From: an uncultured Alphaproteobacteria bacterium
GTDB taxonomy: Bacteria; Pseudomonadota; Alphaproteobacteria; Rhizobiales; Xanthobacteraceae
NCBI GenBank assembly: GCA_963774715.1
Contig: CAVZFX010000003.1
Coordinates: 81,824-145,823, forward strand
Direction: 5' to 3'
Length of the DNA: 64,000 bases
Part shown: one piece after another, positions 62,668-64,000 of the stretch
How the letters are laid out: the number at the start of each line of letters is the position of its first letter
Position numbering within the stretch: the stretch's first letter is position 1
Notes under the pieces: generated by a model
Told to the model about the DNA's origin: nothing
What the model saw: the letters and a program-made list of their open reading frames with translations, nothing else
The model's database searches: none
Translations under genes and position numbers: made by a program

Positions 62668-64000
62668 GTGCAGGATATCAACTGGACCGCTCTCATCATT
62701 TTCGTAGTGCTGTTCGGCCTTATAACATGGCTCGGTTTTGCCGCCGCGCAGTGGCGCAAGGGCGATCTCGATCAGCTGCATGAATGGGGCCTGGGCGGCC
62801 GGCGGTTCGGCACCGTCGTCACCTGGTTCCTGGTCGGCGGCGATCTTTATACGGCCTACACCTTTATTGCCGTTCCGGCGCTGGCCTTCGGCGCCGGCGC
62901 CATCGCCTTCTTTGCGGTGCCGTACACCATCATGATCTATCCGATCCTGTTCCTGGTGTTTCCGCGGCTCTGGCACGTCTGCCACAAGCATAACTACATT
63001 ACGCCGGCCGATTTTGTGCGCGGCCGCTTCGGCAACCGCTGGCTCGCTTTGGCGGTGACGGTCACCGGTATTGTCGCCACCATGCCTTATATCGCGCTGC
63101 AGCTTGTCGGCCTGCAGGTGGTGATCGGCGCGATGGGCGTCTCGGGGACGGGCTTTGCGGCCGATCTGCCGCTGATATTGGCCTTCATCATCCTGGCGGC
63201 GTTCACCTATAGCAGCGGTCTGCGGGCGCCGGCGTCCATCGCCATCGTCAAGGACATTCTGATCTATGTGACGGCGTTCGCCGCCGTGATCGTCGTGCCG
63301 ATCGAGCTCGGCGGGTTTGGCAAGATTTTCGCCGCGATACCTCCGGCGAAATTGTTGTTGGCGGTTCCCGGCGCCAACACCACCGGCTCATACGGCGTCT
63401 ATGCCACGCTCGCGCTCGGCTCGGCGCTGGCGTTGTTCCTTTACCCACATTCCATAACGGGCATTTTGGCGGCCTCCAGCGGCCACGCCATCCGCCGCAA
63501 CGCCGCGATGCTGCCGGGCTATTCCTTCATGCTCGGTCTGTTGGCTCTGGTCGGCTTCTTCGCCATCGCGGCCGGCGTGAGCGCCATGCCGGAATTTGCC
63601 GGCGGCTTTAAGCAGTTCGGCAACAACTTCGCGGTCCCGGCGCTGATCCTGCACAGTTTCCCGTCGTGGTTCGCGGGCATCGCTTTCGCGGCGGTCGGCA
63701 TCGGCGCCCTGGTGCCGGCGGCAATCATGTCGATTGCCGCGGCCAATCTTTACACCCGCAATATCCATCGCGAGTTCATCAACCAGAACCCGACCGACAA
63801 ACAAGAAGCGCAGATGGCGAAATGGGTGTCGTTGATCGTGAAATTGGGCGCGCTCATATTCATCATCGCCGTGCCGACGAAATTTGCCATTTACCTGCAG
63901 CTGCTCGGCGGCATTCTGATCATCCAGACACTGCCGTCGGTCATGCTTGGCGTTTATACACGCTGGTTCAACGCTTGGGCGTTGCTGGTCGGCTGGGCGG
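62668..64000 (+). CDS. Sodium:solute symporter-family transporter (3' end outside the window)
   Basis: Not in the ORF track because no stop falls inside the window. GTG 62668 has a GGGGAG RBS. My translation VQDINWTALIIFVVLFGLITWLGFAAAQWRKGDLDQLHEWGLGGRRFGTVVTWFLVGGDLYTAYTFIAVPA... is typical SSF, and the frame stays open to 64000. Confidence 0.88.
   Translation, partial: MQDINWTALIIFVVLFGLITWLGFAAAQWRKGDLDQLHEWGLGGRRFGTVVTWFLVGGDLYTAYTFIAVPALAFGAGAIAFFAVPYTIMIYPILFLVFPRLWHVCHKHNYITPADFVRGRFGNRWLALAVTVTGIVATMPYIALQLVGLQVVIGAMGVSGTGFAADLPLILAFIILAAFTYSSGLRAPASIAIVKDILIYVTAFAAVIVVPIELGGFGKIFAAIPPAKLLLAVPGANTTGSYGVYATLALGSALALFLYPHSITGILAASSGHAIRRNAAMLPGYSFMLGLLALVGFFAIAAGVSAMPEFAGGFKQFGNNFAVPALILHSFPSWFAGIAFAAVGIGALVPAAIMSIAAANLYTRNIHREFINQNPTDKQEAQMAKWVSLIVKLGALIFIIAVPTKFAIYLQLLGGILIIQTLPSVMLGVYTRWFNAWALLVGWA

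Overview
High-GC alphaproteobacterial chromosome; gene order and repeat types look Hyphomicrobiales/Nitrobacteraceae-like, but the taxon cannot be verified here. All product calls come from reading the supplied translations and recognising motifs. No similarity search was run.

Most of the window is core housekeeping DNA:
- rimP-nusA-ylxR-infB-rbfA-truB-rpsO (0.2-7.6 kb, minus strand)
- trmB and metK
- miaB-ybeZ(phoH)-ybeY-corC-lnt (12.1-17.9 kb, minus)
- tsaB-rimI, a NifU-like gene, trpS and a PfkB kinase
- the replication cluster rpsT / dnaA-dnaN-recF-gyrB (25.1-33.2 kb, minus)

Accessory regions:
- a mixed aromatic/organic-acid catabolic cluster (33.3-41.8 kb)
- an ornithine decarboxylase-GNAT-homospermidine synthase cluster with a 620-nt leader (41.9-45.8 kb)
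- an operon of two very cysteine-rich secreted proteins plus a DsbA (45.9-50.7 kb)
- a NitT/TauT-type ABC transporter with two tandem paralogous binding proteins (50.8-55.4 kb)
- a fused indolepyruvate:ferredoxin oxidoreductase, an MCP, tRNA-Gly(CCC) and a DUF3311/solute symporter pair

The most unusual locus is a roughly 0.7 kb AT-rich insert directly downstream of gyrB (24.37-25.09 kb). It carries its own promoter-like signal and two genes: a 155-aa three-TM protein and an untracked 46-aa Lys/Arg/Glu-rich ORF. On its far side sits a decayed second copy of the last 40 codons of gyrB. That layout is what site-specific integration into a gene 3' end leaves behind, yet no integrase is present.

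The second candidate system is the Cys-rich exoprotein + DsbA operon.
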